This document shows, one piece after another, positions 50,691 to 64,000 of a DNA stretch of 64,000 nucleotides. The DNA comes from Lama guanicoe. Taxonomy: Eukaryota. Each line of letters opens with the position of its first letter. Positions within the stretch are counted from its first letter, which is position 1. The notes beneath the pieces were generated by a model that did not search any database, was not told the origin of the DNA, and worked only from the letters and a program-made list of their open reading frames with translations. A program made the translations under genes and the position numbers. The stretch covers positions 437,775 through 501,774 of the forward strand of contig MU053994.1 in the NCBI GenBank assembly GCA_013239625.1, in the 5' to 3' direction.

Positions 50691-53600
50691 GCCACTTGCT
50701 ATGTGACAAGGCTGGGATCTGAACCCAGGGAGTCTTACTTCAGAGCCTTATGCTCCGGACTACTAGATAGTCCTCGCTTGCTTGTTATTTCTCTTGAGCC
50801 TTGATGTGGCCTGCTAGATGAGCTTGGGGATTATTTAAAGGCATGAGGAATCAGAGAAGCTGTGCGAACCTTCTATGGCTTCCTCTTCCAGGCAGTTAAT
50901 TGCTTCCATTCTAAAATCCCTCGCTTCTTTGATGCAAAATAGTGTTCAGTACAATTGGGTCTAGACGGGGTAACAAAAGAAAAATAACGCCCCACACGTG
51001 TGAAACGAATTTTAATGAAAGCAGTTCCTGATTTGAAAGGAACGTGTCTATGCAATGATAAAGCAAGCCATCTTTGAAATGCATTGGACATTTCTGATGA
51101 TAGGATAGAAAACATGAATTCAGCATCTCACTGGAATATAGAAATGAAAATACGCCATCATTCAGCTACAGTTGAGGTAGTTGAACTCTTCAGTCTTTAA
51201 ACTTTCAAGTGCATATAGGTCATCGCTTCACATGTTAATGTGCATGCATCTGGGTAGCAACAGGAAACCTAAAGAGTAAAGAACAAACTGATATTTTAAA
51301 GAATCAAAATAGTTCTAGTTTCTTAATGAAAGTGTAGGAATGAGGTTAAGGAAGATAGAGAACATTCTAGAAATTCTTACCACGTAATTGAGAACATCCT
51401 GCAGCTTGCCCAGGCTTGTCTTTTTCGAAGTGTGTTTGATCTCGCTCTTAGCCAATTTTAGTTTGACTTTATTCTTAGCAGATTCAACATTGTACATTTT
51501 TCTCTTCCCGTTTGCTCTTTAATAATAATGTCTTCATATTGTGAAGGCCTCTATAATTCACAAAGTGCACTACCATACTTAATTGCCTCTGGCTCAAACA
51601 CCCTTGGAGATGAGAGGAAAGAAATTATCATCTTCATTTTGAAGGTAGAGTAACTGAGACCCAGAGAGATTAACTGAAATGCCCAGTCATACCTAGTAAG
51701 CAGCATGGCTGGATTTTCCTCCCTCCATCCCTCCCTCCGTTTCTCTCTTCCTCCTTTCTTCCCTCCTTGTTTCTCTTTCTGTCACATACTAGCTTTTGCT
51801 TATGCTTTCTTTTATTCATTCAGTTGAATGATAGATATTATGTTCCAGGCACTGTTTCTGTGCTAGAAAATGCAAAACGGAACAAAACAGATATAGTCTT
51901 CCCCTCATGGAGATTACTGGGGAGTTGGCGAGACAAATAGTAAACCAGTAAAAACAGCCAAATAAATGGACAATTGAAGATTATGGGAAGTGCCGCGAAG
52001 AAAAAAGAACCCATTTCTATGAGTGAGAATAAGATAGGAATCGGCTGTCGATTTGGTAGTCAGAGAAAGCCTCTCTTGGGGAGTGACAGGAAAGCAGAAA
52101 TAAAAAGTATAGATGGAAATCAGACAGATGAAGAACCAGGCTGTATGTTTGTCAGGATAGGCTAAGTGATGCTGTAATAATAGCCCTAAATTTTTAGTGA
52201 CTTAAAACAGTGAAAGTTTATTTCTGTCTCATGCTGCATGTTCATAGCAGGATGGCTAGCTCTAGGGACTCTGTTTCATGACAGCCTCACACCAGGACCT
52301 GAACTTCCAGGGCAGTTGCTATTTGGGACATTCATATCCTCCATGTAAAGAAGAGGACGTGTGGTCAACGATGCACTTGCTCTTGAAGCTTTTACCTGGA
52401 ATCCCATACCACATTTCATGGACCAGTGTGAGTCACGTGACCACATCTAATGTCAAGAGGGCAGGGATATGCAGACCCAGCTTCTTCCACTTTCCCAGCC
52501 TCCCTTGCAGGTAGTGGTGGTGATGTGTCCTGCTCAAGGGAGCCTATGGAGGACTTTGGAATCCATTTTTGCTCTTCTGTTAAGAGACAGGTGCAGGCGA
52601 CACCCCCTCCCTATTCTTCCTGGCTTAAACGTGGATGCTATGCTGAAGCTGTCTGGCCATTTTGCATAAGAAAAGTAAGCCATACCTTGAGGATAGGGGA
52701 CCATAAGGATGAAGTGAATCCTTCATGACCTGATTTTGCAACTGAACTAATACAAGCAACTGCCTGATTCTGGATTTCTTGGAGGTAGGAGAAAAATGAA
52801 ACCAATTTTTTAAGCCTGTTGCTTGGAGCCAGAAGCATTTCTAGCTTATGGGGTTGAGAGAGATGAACAGATACTGTGCTTACAGTCCAGAAACTCGCCT
52901 TCCTCAGATACCTCCCTGTGACTGGGCGGGCAACGCCGGAGCCAAAGGAGGTGCACTTCGCTTTATGAGTGCTGGCTAGTAAAGCACAGGGAAGAGACAT
53001 CTTCCATCTTCTTCCTCTTCTAGCTTCCGGTACTTCCCTTTCTCCTTGGTACTAATTCTCCAATTGCACGCTTTCTTTTCCTGGTTGCAGTTACCCTCCC
53101 ATTACCCTTTCTCTTCTTCTTGAGTGTCTGAAACTGGTCGTGTCCACTTAATGTGACATTAACCTCGATATGATTGAATTAGGTCAATTTCTCAGAGATT
53201 TGAAAAAGCTGCTTAATATTTGGTGGAATCCTTCCCAGCTCTTCCCACATCTCAGAGATAGATCTCAGAATACGTGGGACAATTAGCACCAATTGCTTTA
53301 GGAATTCCCCAGTTGGTGTGTTTAAACCTTTAAATTCTTGCTTCCTCTGTGGCCTGACTTATATGGAGCCCCAAGTCTTTTCAGACTCTAGAACTGTGAA
53401 TTAAGTGAAACTTGATTGCTAAATTAAGTCCTGTGAATAGAGTACAAAGAAAGATGCAATATAAATGTTTGACTTTCTGGCCATAATTTCTCCAAGTGGT
53501 CTCACCCACTCTAGTTTAAGGAGCTGCTAAACTTTAGGCACCTAATCATAGAATTTATTTCCAGAAAAGAATTTGCCTCTAGAATATCCTGGAATACCCC

Positions 53601-54675
53601 ATTTTCCCAGTTCATTATTCTTTGGCCCACTAGCCTACTGGGATAGGACTGCGGTCAAGGATTGCTCTTTGTTCTTCTCATTTTGAGCCCTTTGTTTCTT
53701 TATCACTGTTGCACGAATTGTTACAGGTTTTGTCTGGGCCAATGTTTTATTTCTCTTCCCTGAGGTGTTTAAAGGTCTGTTATGAGTCTCCAAATAATAC
53801 AATTGCAGTCTTCGAATGAGAACTCATCCTGGTGTTTTATAACTTGGAACTGGTACACGTTTTCAAAAGTAAATTGTGTGGAGCTTTTCTGACACTCAAT
53901 TTCATGAGCCAGTTGCTGATGAAAAGAAAGGGCATAAGGATGCTTTGTAAACTCTAAATCAGGGATTAGAAAAACATGTGTTGTGGCTTCTTGTCATTTG
54001 TGTTTAGATGGAGAAGAGAGGACTGAAGAGCGCTCTGTATGGCTTCCTGTTGCCCTGGATGAATCATCTTGCATCATTTGTCCTCTTCTTAACTGACATC
54101 AAGGATAATGAGAGTCCTTAGTAGGTGTCCTGTTTTGACTCATTTTTGTATCTGAATACCAGAAAGCCTAGCACACAATAGGCATCAGTAAATGTTCACT
54201 GGATGAATGGATGAGGCAGTGAATCATAGGTTTTGGAAACCTTACTCTTCACTTTTTAAATTCCCCATTTATGAACCTCTCATTAGGCTAGGAATTAAAA
54301 GACCTGGTTTCTGGTTTTATGTAAACTGCTTACTGTCTTTAACATGAGACCCATAATACCTCACAAATTACTTTGAAGGCCCCAAAGAGTTCATAAATAA
54401 TTTTAAATGTTTAAGTATCATATAATATAGCACAGAATTAAGTCCTGAGCAGTACACATAAGAAACTAAAGTCATCATTCCTGCCTTTTGACAGATGCTA
54501 GTCGAGTTGGGTATAGCAAAGCACATCACAAATGTATAGGGAGGTGGGATGATTCTGGGATGTTTGTTTTTTTCTGGAACATAGAAATGTATTAAAGAAG
54601 GGATTAGAGCCGGGTAACATCAAGGAATGGCATGTCTGTGAAGCATTTAAGTGGGAACGAACCTGTCTCCTGGAG

Positions 54676-55010
54676 CAGTGTTTTCCAAATTTGGCAATAT
54701 ATTAGAGGAAATGGGGAATCTTCTAAAAATATCATTGCATAGGCCACATCTCAAACCAATTATGTCAGAATCTGTGAGGATGAGCCTTGGGAATCAGTAT
54801 TAAAAAAAAAATCTTCCCAGGTGATTCCAGTGTTCAGTCAGATTTGAGGATAAATGTTCCAAAGCTGTGCTTCTCAAACTCTGATCACTTTGTGAACATG
54901 CAGGATGTGATCCAGCAGGTGTGAGTTGGGACCTGGGATTCTGCATTCCTCCACCTCCCAGCTGATGCTTATGCTCCTAGAACAAGGACCACACTTTGAA
55001 GAGCTAGTTT
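54676..55010. mobile_element. Two adjacent MER5-like hAT elements
   Basis: cagtgttttccaaattt...cccaggtgattcc...; cttctcaaact...tgggattctgcattc...aggaccacactttgaag. Confidence 0.7.
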
Positions 55011-55833
55011 CTAAAGTGTTTACAAATACATCACATGTCAGGTAGGAAAAGAAGGGACATGGAAACAGCATTTATTTAGTACCTGTGTGCCAGGAATCAT
55101 GCTAGTATCTTTACATATATTATCTCATTTCATCTCAAAAACAGTCATGTTAGAATTTTATTACTCCCGTTTTCAAAATGAAGAGACTGAAGTTGAGTGG
55201 GTAAAACATTGTTTAAGGCTGGACAGCTAATTCATGCTGGAATCTCTATTCAAACAAAGGCGTATCTGACAGCAGCATGACCTCTGACCTTTCCAGAGGT
55301 CAATGGAAATTGTTGGAAACGTTTAAATGGTAAGCAGAAGCGTTGAGATCTGAAATGGTGGGCAGTGTCTTGTAGCAAACTCTTCATTGGATGACTTAGG
55401 GAAAGTACCCAGGTTGCCAAGTTTGATTTCACACTCTTGCCTCATGTAATATATCTAAGCAAGTCAGGAACATGGCATTGCGCATGCCTGTAGACTGGAG
55501 TTGTGCTCCAATTTTATGGTATCAAAGATACCCTGGAGAAGCTGGGGTAGAATGTAAAGAAATACTAACAGCAAAATAGTAGTGCTAGTGGAAGATGTCA
55601 AAACTCAAAAGTAAAACAGAAACATTAGGTTTTTCAATGACTGATATCAAAGGATTGTTGGTTCTGGAGGGAGAAAGTGTGTTTTTTGAAAGTATGTGAC
55701 TCTTAACTCCTTGATTCCTTCAAATATTCTTCCAAATGAAAACATCCCTTAAAGAAAGAAAGCTCTATTTGTCTGGGTTTTTTCCCCCCCAGTTTTTACA
55801 ATCGCTTTATCGGTTGGTTGATTGATAGATTGA

Positions 55834-56085
<252 letters not shown>

Positions 56086-56242
56086 TGAGTTTCTTGCCTT
56101 TGCGTGGAAAGTCGGCTTTGATGACTGAGGGTTTGGAGTAGGGGAAAGCAAGACAGAAGAGTATTTAAACTATAGGGCTAGAGAGTAGAATTAAAAATAT
56201 GGCCCAACCACAGGCTCAGCAATGCCTTGGCAGGCCTCTGGG

Positions 56243-56284
<42 letters not shown>

Positions 56285-56290
56285 CAGAGA
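56243..56290. repeat. Compound (TG)n(AG)n microsatellite
   Basis: Direct reading. Confidence 0.95.
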
Positions 56291-57984
56291 CAGAACCGTG
56301 TTTTTTATTTTAAAACACTATAAATACAATAAAATTGGAAGCCTCACAGAACGAGGCCTCTTTCTGCATTTGAAAACCACCCACAAGCTTTCTTAGAGCC
56401 CCACTTGGCTCCACGTGGCTTCTCAGAAGGCACAGACAATTGCCCTGTGACATTCTTAGACACTGGGGTGACTGGAAAGATGAGTATGAAATAGCTCCGC
56501 ATGTCACCTGAGGGACAAAGCTATAGTAGTTCCTGAATTTCCTCTAAACCTAGTCCTTGAGAAAAGGTGAAAAGAGAGCCTTCTCATTCTCCTCCATGTT
56601 CAGCCTGTCTTGGCCATGGGTTTCATCCTGCCCTCTAGGGTGCAAATCAAGAATCATTGTTTTCTAAGTTCAGTTAAACTAGAGTCCGAACATAATATGG
56701 TCCCTACTACTCCTGGGGCCTACCAAACTCCATCCTTTAGAGAAATCTCCCCCTGGACCAACTGGTATGTTTTCTCCCTCCCAAGATCATTCATCTCTTG
56801 TACTCTGGGAGGTACCTAATAATCTCACCTCAAGGCAACTCCATCCTCATCTCTTTCCTGTGGTTGAGGTGGGGGATGTTGGCATCATATCAGGTTTGCT
56901 TGGTTTGGTTTGGTTTATCTTTTCTCCTCACTAACTCATCTTCTTACATAGGAGCTAAGAGGCTATCTTTGGAGGAAAAGTGAATAATTTAGTAGTAAGA
57001 GTGAGTGATCTTCCATCTCTGACTTCTCTGAATGAGGACGACTGTGTTCTATTGAGGACTCCTATATTCAGTGATTGCATTATTTAACCAATGTTATTTT
57101 TCCTGTACTTTCTCATAAAATTGATCCTAAATCGAGCAGTTCATACTATGTTTCCACACTCGATTGAGATAAGCAGATCTAAAGAAATGAATTATTTAAG
57201 TTATTTTATTACCTTCTCTGGATACATTACTTTGATTTAATTAAGCGCCCATCTTTGATTCTTAGTCCCACGTAAATAAATTCCTTTTAATACTTGCTTT
57301 TTGTGATTGGCAAACATCCTTCGCCAGATCTGGGGGAATGAGTACTGATGGAATCACTGATACATGGGTTGCAGCATAGCCTTTGTTGATATTGGTATTC
57401 ATTATCTAAACTAAGTTTAGTCACCTGCGAATCAAGATGCAAAAATAATGCTGGACGTCTTTCTATTTTTCCCATGAAATCAAAATATTTGGGTATTTCT
57501 CCTTATATATGTACAGAAAAAGTGTCAAGAATGCACTTTGCTTTCTGCTTAAAAGAAACACGAGACATCTGTGACTCAAGTAACACAAAAGTCGCTGTTT
57601 TAGACCCTGGACTCTTAGAAAGGTTGCCTCACTGTGGAGTAATGAGTTTCTCTAATTCTGCTTCCCTTAATTTCACATTTCAGAGTTGGATATAAAGGTT
57701 CTTCCAGTATAGTCAATTAATGAGTTACAGAGGAAATAATTAATGAACAGAATCTCCTCAATTATACTTTTACTTCTATACAATTTTGCAGGAGCATTTA
57801 TCCCTCTCTGCTCTTGGGACCACTAGAAGACAAATCAAATTAACAAGAAGCAAAGAAATAGAAACAGGAGAACTTGGAAACAGACTAGCCTCCTTTTTTA
57901 AATTTTTTTTTATTTTATGAAAACCTATGCACATGGCTTTTTTTAAACTAGAGTTAAAAGGGCACAAATGATAAGCGTACAACA

Positions 57985-58208
57985 CAGTTTCTTAATTTCA
58001 ACGTCACTGATATTTTTGGCAATATGACTCTGTGTGTGTGGGAGGGAGGGTCTGTCCTGTGAATTCTAAAGTGTTTAGCAGCATTCTTGGCCTCTACCCA
58101 CCAGATGCCAGTAGCTCTCCTCCCCATATCAGTTGTGACAATGAAAAATTCCTCCAGACGTGGCCAAACGCGCCCTGAATAAAAGTCGCTTGTGGCTGGG
58201 TATCAGTG
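57985..58208 (+). mobile_element. MER20-like hAT element
   Basis: gtttagcagcattcttggcctctacccaccagatgccagtagc...agttgtgacaatgaaaaattcctccagac. Confidence 0.8.
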
Positions 58209-58239
58209 GTGTACAGCTTGGCAGATTATTACAATTTCT

Positions 58240-58390
58240 GTATAGCTATCACTCAGGTGAAAAAATAGGACATTACTAACACCCCAGAGGCCTTCCTTCT
58301 TCCTTCTCCCAATCTCTAGTCCTTTTTAATTCCCCAAATATAAACACTATCCTGCTAACACCATAGTTTAACTTTGACTTTTGTATACTT

Positions 58391-58426
<36 letters not shown>

Positions 58427-59495
58427 CATGTATATATATTTGAATCATACACTGTATTTGTTGATACTATGGGTCAGCATTATTTTTGTCGCATATAGCA
58501 GTTGTCTGCTAATTTTTACTGTTTTATAATATTATAACTATATAAGGATTGATATACCATTCTATCGTTGATGGATATTTGGAATGTTTCCAGTTTTCAC
58601 CTCTTAAGAATAATGTTTTTGTCAGTATTCTTGTGCATGTCTCTTGGTGCACATGCATATGTATTTCCTTTGGATATAGACATAGGAGTAAAATTGCTGG
58701 GTCATAGACTATGCCTCTATTCAGTTTCAGGAGATGATGTCAAATCGTTATCCTCTCACTAGCAATGCTTGAGAGTTGGTTACTTTTTATTTTTAGCAAC
58801 ACAATTGTTTTTGTTTTGTTTGTCCATTTTTACTATCTTCTTGGGTATATAGTGGATTAATTTGCATTTTTCTTTATTACTAATGAGAATGAGAATATTT
58901 TCATATGTTTATTAACCTTTTTTATGATGTGCTAGTTCAGGTCTCTTGCCTTTTTTTCTTTTTTTTTTTTTTAATTGACGTGTAGTTCTTGCCTATTTTT
59001 CCATTAGATTGTTGGTCTTTTACTGTCTAGTGTGAAGAAGTTCTTTATATATGCAGCATACAAACCATGCTGTTTCCTTGTGTTGCAGATTTTTTCTCCC
59101 ACCTTCTGCTTTGCCATTTCATTCTCTTGATGGTGCCACTGATGAACAAAAATCTTTAATTTTTAGTAGCTCTTATTTGTTCATCTTTTCTTGTGTGATT
59201 AGTGGGATTTTTTCTGTATCTAGTTTAAAAAAAAACTTTTCCTAAGTCCCAAGTGATGAAAATATTCCCCTAAGTGATCTTCTGTAACTATTATTGTTTC
59301 AACTTTTACCTTGAGACTTACAGTCTACTTGTAACTGATTTTTTGTGTATGCTGTGAGTTAGGGATTCATTTTTATTTTTGAATATGGATATCCACATGA
59401 CCCAGCATTGAAACAACCATCATTTTTTTTCGCTGTGCTACTGTGTCACCTTCACAAATCAAGTATCATTTCTTTTCTTTTTTTGAATTTATGTA

Positions 59496-59530
<35 letters not shown>

Positions 59531-62500
59531 TTATTAACGTATAGTCAGTTTACAATGTTGTGTCAATTTCTGGTTTGCAGCACAATACTTCAGCCATACA
59601 TGAACATACATATATTCCTTTTCATATTCTTTTTCATTATAGGTTACTACAAGATATCGAATATAGTTCCCTGTCCTCTACAGTATGAATTTGTTGTTTA
59701 TCTATCAAGTATCATTTCTGACCACTCTGCTATGTATCTAACATTGTGCCATTGCCACACTATTTTAATTATTGTAGCTTTATAGTAAAACTGTATCCAG
59801 TAAACATGCCACTTTGTTCTTTTTGTTCAGAATCCCCTAGCTATTATGGCATTTGATATTTTCATATAAATTTTAGAAGCAGCTGAACAATTTCCATGAA
59901 ACAACCCCTACTGGCATTTTTATAGGGATTGCATTATATCTATAGATATATTTGGAGAGAACTGACATCTTTCAATATTTAGTCTCTCAATCCACAAACG
60001 CCATGTGCCCCTTCACTTATTTGCCTTTAATTTCTCTCAATAATATTTTACAGTTTTCCTGGTATGGTCTTACACATTATTATATTTATTTCAAATATTT
60101 GATTTTTATCTTATTATAAATAGTATTTTTTAAAATTTTTTATTTTCTAATTGTTTGTTGTTGATATGTAGATATGCAGTTGATTGAGGTAGCCTAACCT
60201 TGTGTTCCATGGTCTTGTTAAATTCACTTATTAATTGCAACAGTTTCTGTAGAGCCTTTCAGATTTTATTTATGCACAATCATGTCATCTTTTCTAATAC
60301 TTATATCTTTTTGCCATATTGCATCTTTGTTGCAGTTTTGATTTCTATCTTTTTATTTGTTTGTTTCTTTGATTTCAGTTTATTTGGGGAGGGTAATTAG
60401 GTTTGTTTATTTTTTTATTCATTTAATGGAAGTACTGGGGATTGAACCCAAGACCTCATGCATGCTAATCATGGGCTCTACCAATGAGCTATACCCTCCT
60501 CCCAAATTTAGTTTATTTTTCATTAACAATTTTTTAATTCAGATTTTTAAATAATTGATTTCTAGCCTTTGTTCTTTTCTAGCATAAACATTTAAGAAAT
60601 TCCCTGTTTCCATTGCTTGTTACGTTTTTTCCTTAAAGTTCACTTTGTAACTAATATGGCTGCAACTGCTTTCCTTTGGTTAGTGTATGCTTAGTGAATC
60701 CTCTTTTTACCCTTTTAAGTTCAGCCTTTCTGTCTCCTTATGTTTAAGATGTCTCTTTTATAAGCAGCATATAATTGTGTGTGTGCGTGTGTTTTAAATC
60801 TTGCCTGACAGTTGTTGTCATCTAATTAGGATATTTACTCCATTTGCAGTAGTGAAGTTACTCACGTATTTTACTTAAAATCTTCCACCTTTTTAGTCAC
60901 TCTCTCTCTGTCCCATCTATTCTGTTCTTTTTTCCTCTACTTACTTATCTTCATTTAGATTGTCTAAGTTACTCTATTTCTCTCCTCTATGTATACATTT
61001 TTATTATTTATCTAATAATTACTCTAGAGATTACAACATACATTCTTGACTTATTAAAATCTAATTTAAATCAGTCCTTTTGGTACTTCCAACACAATAC
61101 CAGCATCTTAAAACCCTTCACTCCACTCCTAGTGCTATTTTTGAATATTTTAAAATATCTGTATATTTATATCTGTACACACATATACACACCTATCTCT
61201 TTGGACATATATAATGTCTGTCCATTCAGGCAGCTGTAGTAGACTCCTATGGACTGGGTGCCTTAGAAACAACAGAAATTCTATCTCACGGTTCTGGAAA
61301 CTGGGAAGTCCAAGATCAGGGTTCTGACAGATTTGCTGTCTGGTTGGGGCCTGCTTCCTGTTTCTTAGACAGCTATCTTCTTGCTGTGTCCTCAAATGGT
61401 GGAAGGAATGGAAGAAACAAGTAAACTCTCTAGGGGTCTCTTCTATAGGGGAGTAATCACTTCCCAAAGGCTCCACCTCCAAATACCGTCACATCAGGGA
61501 TTATGTTTCCACATGAATTATGGGAGAGATGCAGACATTCAGTCTATAACATACTTAATCCCAAGATATTATTATTGTTATTTTATAGTCAGTATTTACT
61601 TAGATTTACCACATAGTTAAGCTTTCTGTTGCTTTATATTTGTTATTTTTTTTTCATTTTTCCATTTTATTAGGTAGAATTGTTATAATTTGACTGCACA
61701 TATACAATATATTGCATATAAATACATATACACTCTGTTGCTTTGTATTCTTTATTATTCCTATGTTTCTATTCCTTTTGCCAAAAGGGTACCCTTTTGT
61801 GTTTAGTGTGGTTCTTCTAGTAATAAATACTCTTAATTTTTGTTTTTCTTAGCATGGCTTAATTTCACTCCTAATTCTAAACATGTTTTTGCTGATTTAT
61901 TGAATTCTAAGTTAGAAGTTATTAACGTTCAGTAATTTGAAGATATTATTCCGTTGGCTTCTGGTTTTCAGTGTTTCAGTTAAAGAAATCAGATGTCAAT
62001 ATATTGTTTCTCTGAAGGTAATTATATTTTTCTTTGACTGCTTTTAATATTTTCCCCTTTTCTGTTGGATTTTCAACACTTACTATAACATACCTAGGTC
62101 TGATTTTCTTTGTGTTTATCCATCTTGGGGTTTCTAGAGTGTCTTTTGTCATATTTGAAAATTTCTTGGATAAGATCTCTTTATGTACTGGTTTTCCCCA
62201 CTCTCTCTCTCTCTCCTCTACTTCAGATACTCCAAATATGTATCTTAGTTCTAGTCAACATCTTTCGTATATCTCTTATAAACCTTTCTATATTTTCTAT
62301 CGTTTTGTGTCTCTAAATTTTGTTACATTTAAATTAAATTTTGTGTAATTTTGTCTGACCTGTCTTTCAATTCACTAATCTTGTCTTTGGCTATGTCTAA
62401 TTTGTTGTTGAATAACAAATTTAATCTGAATCTAATTCATAGAATCAGTTGTATTTTCTAATTTTAGAATTTTTATTTTTTTGTGTTGCATTTCTCTCTG

Positions 62501-62660
62501 CTGACATTCTCACTCTTGTAATTTCTTGAATAAGTTATTTGCAAGTATTTTAAAGCCTATAAATTATAGCTTCATTATCTGCCTCCCACATGAGACTGAT
62601 TCTATTTGTTGTTTTGTTTTGCTCATATCTTGTTTTCTTATCAACCTGATAATATTTGAT
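58240..62660 (-). mobile_element. Large fragmented ancient L1M region with nested L1 3' end (59474-59703), SINE (~60350-60503) and MLT1 (~61218-61550)
   Basis: T-rich antisense L1 motifs (ttgatggatatttggaatgtttccagtttt; tagggattgcattatatctatagat). The nested L1 has TSD atcaagtatcatttct (59458-59473 / 59704-59719). Confidence 0.75.
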
Positions 62661-62674
62661 TGATGGACAAAATA

Positions 62675-62898
62675 TGGTCGACCCTTGAACAATATGGGGT
62701 TTAAGGTACCAACCTCCCTCCCATGCAGTCAAAAATCTAAGTATAACTTTACACTTGGCCCTCTGTATCTGCAGATTAATATCCATGGATTTAATCAGCC
62801 ATAGATTGTGTAGTACTGCGGTATGTATTTACTGAAAAAAAAATCCATGTATAAGCAAACCTGTACAGTTTAAACCCATGTTGTTCAAGGGTCAACTG
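62675..62898 (+). mobile_element. Tigger1-derived MITE
   Basis: TA|tggtcgacccttgaacaa ... ttgttcaagggtcaactg|TA. Confidence 0.88.
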
Positions 62899-63032
62899 TA
62901 TTTGAAAAATTATAAATGTAGTGAGACTCTGTATAATAATATGTATCAATTGAGGATATACTTTTTTCTAGCAGAGAAATAGGATAGGGCCTTTGAATAT
63001 TCAAGATTACCTTAATCAAATCAGGATTTGAG

Positions 63033-63809
63033 CATATCACTAATTACCAGAGAAATGCAAATAAAAACTACAATGAGGTACCACCTCACACAAGTCAGAA
63101 TGGCCATCATTCAAAAGTCCACAAATGATAAATGCTGGAGAGGGTGTGGAGAAAAGGGAACCCTCCTACACTGTTGATGGGAATGTAGTTTGGTGCAGCC
63201 TTTATGGAAACAGTGTGGAGATTCCTCAAAAAACTAAAAACAGACTTACCATAGGATCCAGCAATCCCGTTCCTAGGCATATATCTGAAAGGAACTCTAA
63301 TTCGGAAAGATACATGCACCCCAATGTTCATAGCAGCACTAGTTACAGTAGCCAAGACTTGGAAACAACAAAATGTCCATTGACAGATGAGCGGATAAAG
63401 AAGCTATGGTGTGTGTATATATATATATATATATACACAATGCAATATTACTTAGCCATAAAAAAGAATGAAATAACATCATTTGCAGCAATATGGATGT
63501 ATCTAGAGATTATCATACTAAGTGAAGCAAGTCAGGCAGAGAAAGAGAAATACCATATATCACTTATATGTGGAATCTGAAAAAAAAATGACACAAATGA
63601 ACTTATTTATAAAACAGAAACAGACTCACAGACAGAAAATAAACTTATGGTTCCCAAAAGGGAAAGAGAAGGGGGAGGGGTAAATTAGAAGAATGAGATT
63701 AAAAGATACACACCACTATATATAAAATAGATAAATAGCAAGGACCAACTATATAGCACAGGGAACTCTATTCAATAGCATATAATGACCTGTAATGAAA
63801 AAGAATGTG

Positions 63810-63853
<44 letters not shown>

Positions 63854-63933
63854 TGACTGAATCACTATGCTGTACACCGGAAACTAGCACAACATTGTAA
63901 ATCAACTATACTTCAATTAAAAAAAATTTAAAA
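63033..63933 (+). mobile_element. 5'-truncated L1 (ORF2 C-terminus, 3' UTR and A tail) containing (TA)n and (AC)n
   Basis: agagaaatgcaaataaaaactacaatgaggtaccacctcaca...aaatgctggagagggtgtggagaaaagggaaccctcctacactgttg...aacattgtaaatcaactatacttcaattaaaaaaa. Confidence 0.95.
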
Positions 63934-64000
63934 AGTCAGAGTTGGAGCTAATTTGAGAATTGGAGCCTTAATCCTTGAGAGAGCTGATCTGTTTTTGGAT

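Noticed and set aside
63107..63580. ORFs of 82 and 151 aa
   Set aside because: Derived from the 3' end of a truncated L1, not host genes.

Overview
Mammalian, non-ruminant artiodactyl DNA. It is most likely a camelid, judging by Vic-1-type tRNA-derived SINEs and no recognisable BovB/Bov-A or PRE-1 elements. It matches the eutherian X-linked H2A.L/SYTL5 neighbourhood. From left to right: (1) a decayed non-autonomous ERV1-class provirus on the minus strand (1-5789) with 5' LTR, tRNA-Arg PBS and gag-MA, integrase and env-TM remnants; (2) an intact, intronless short histone H2A variant gene (H2A.L-like, 10347-10709, 120 aa, no lysines) with a polyA signal, sitting inside the remains of a local tandem duplication that shows a gene-conversion-like identical core; (3) the 5' part of SYTL5 on the + strand, with coding exons at 37588-37706 and 55875-56084 and a weaker candidate non-coding first exon near 15.7 kb. 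The long introns are full of L1, L2, MIR, MLT1, MER and Tigger repeats. I see no wholly new biological system. The most interesting signals are the H2A.L gene, its duplicated and converted flanks, and the adjacent ERV. Repeat family names are from memory, not from a database search.
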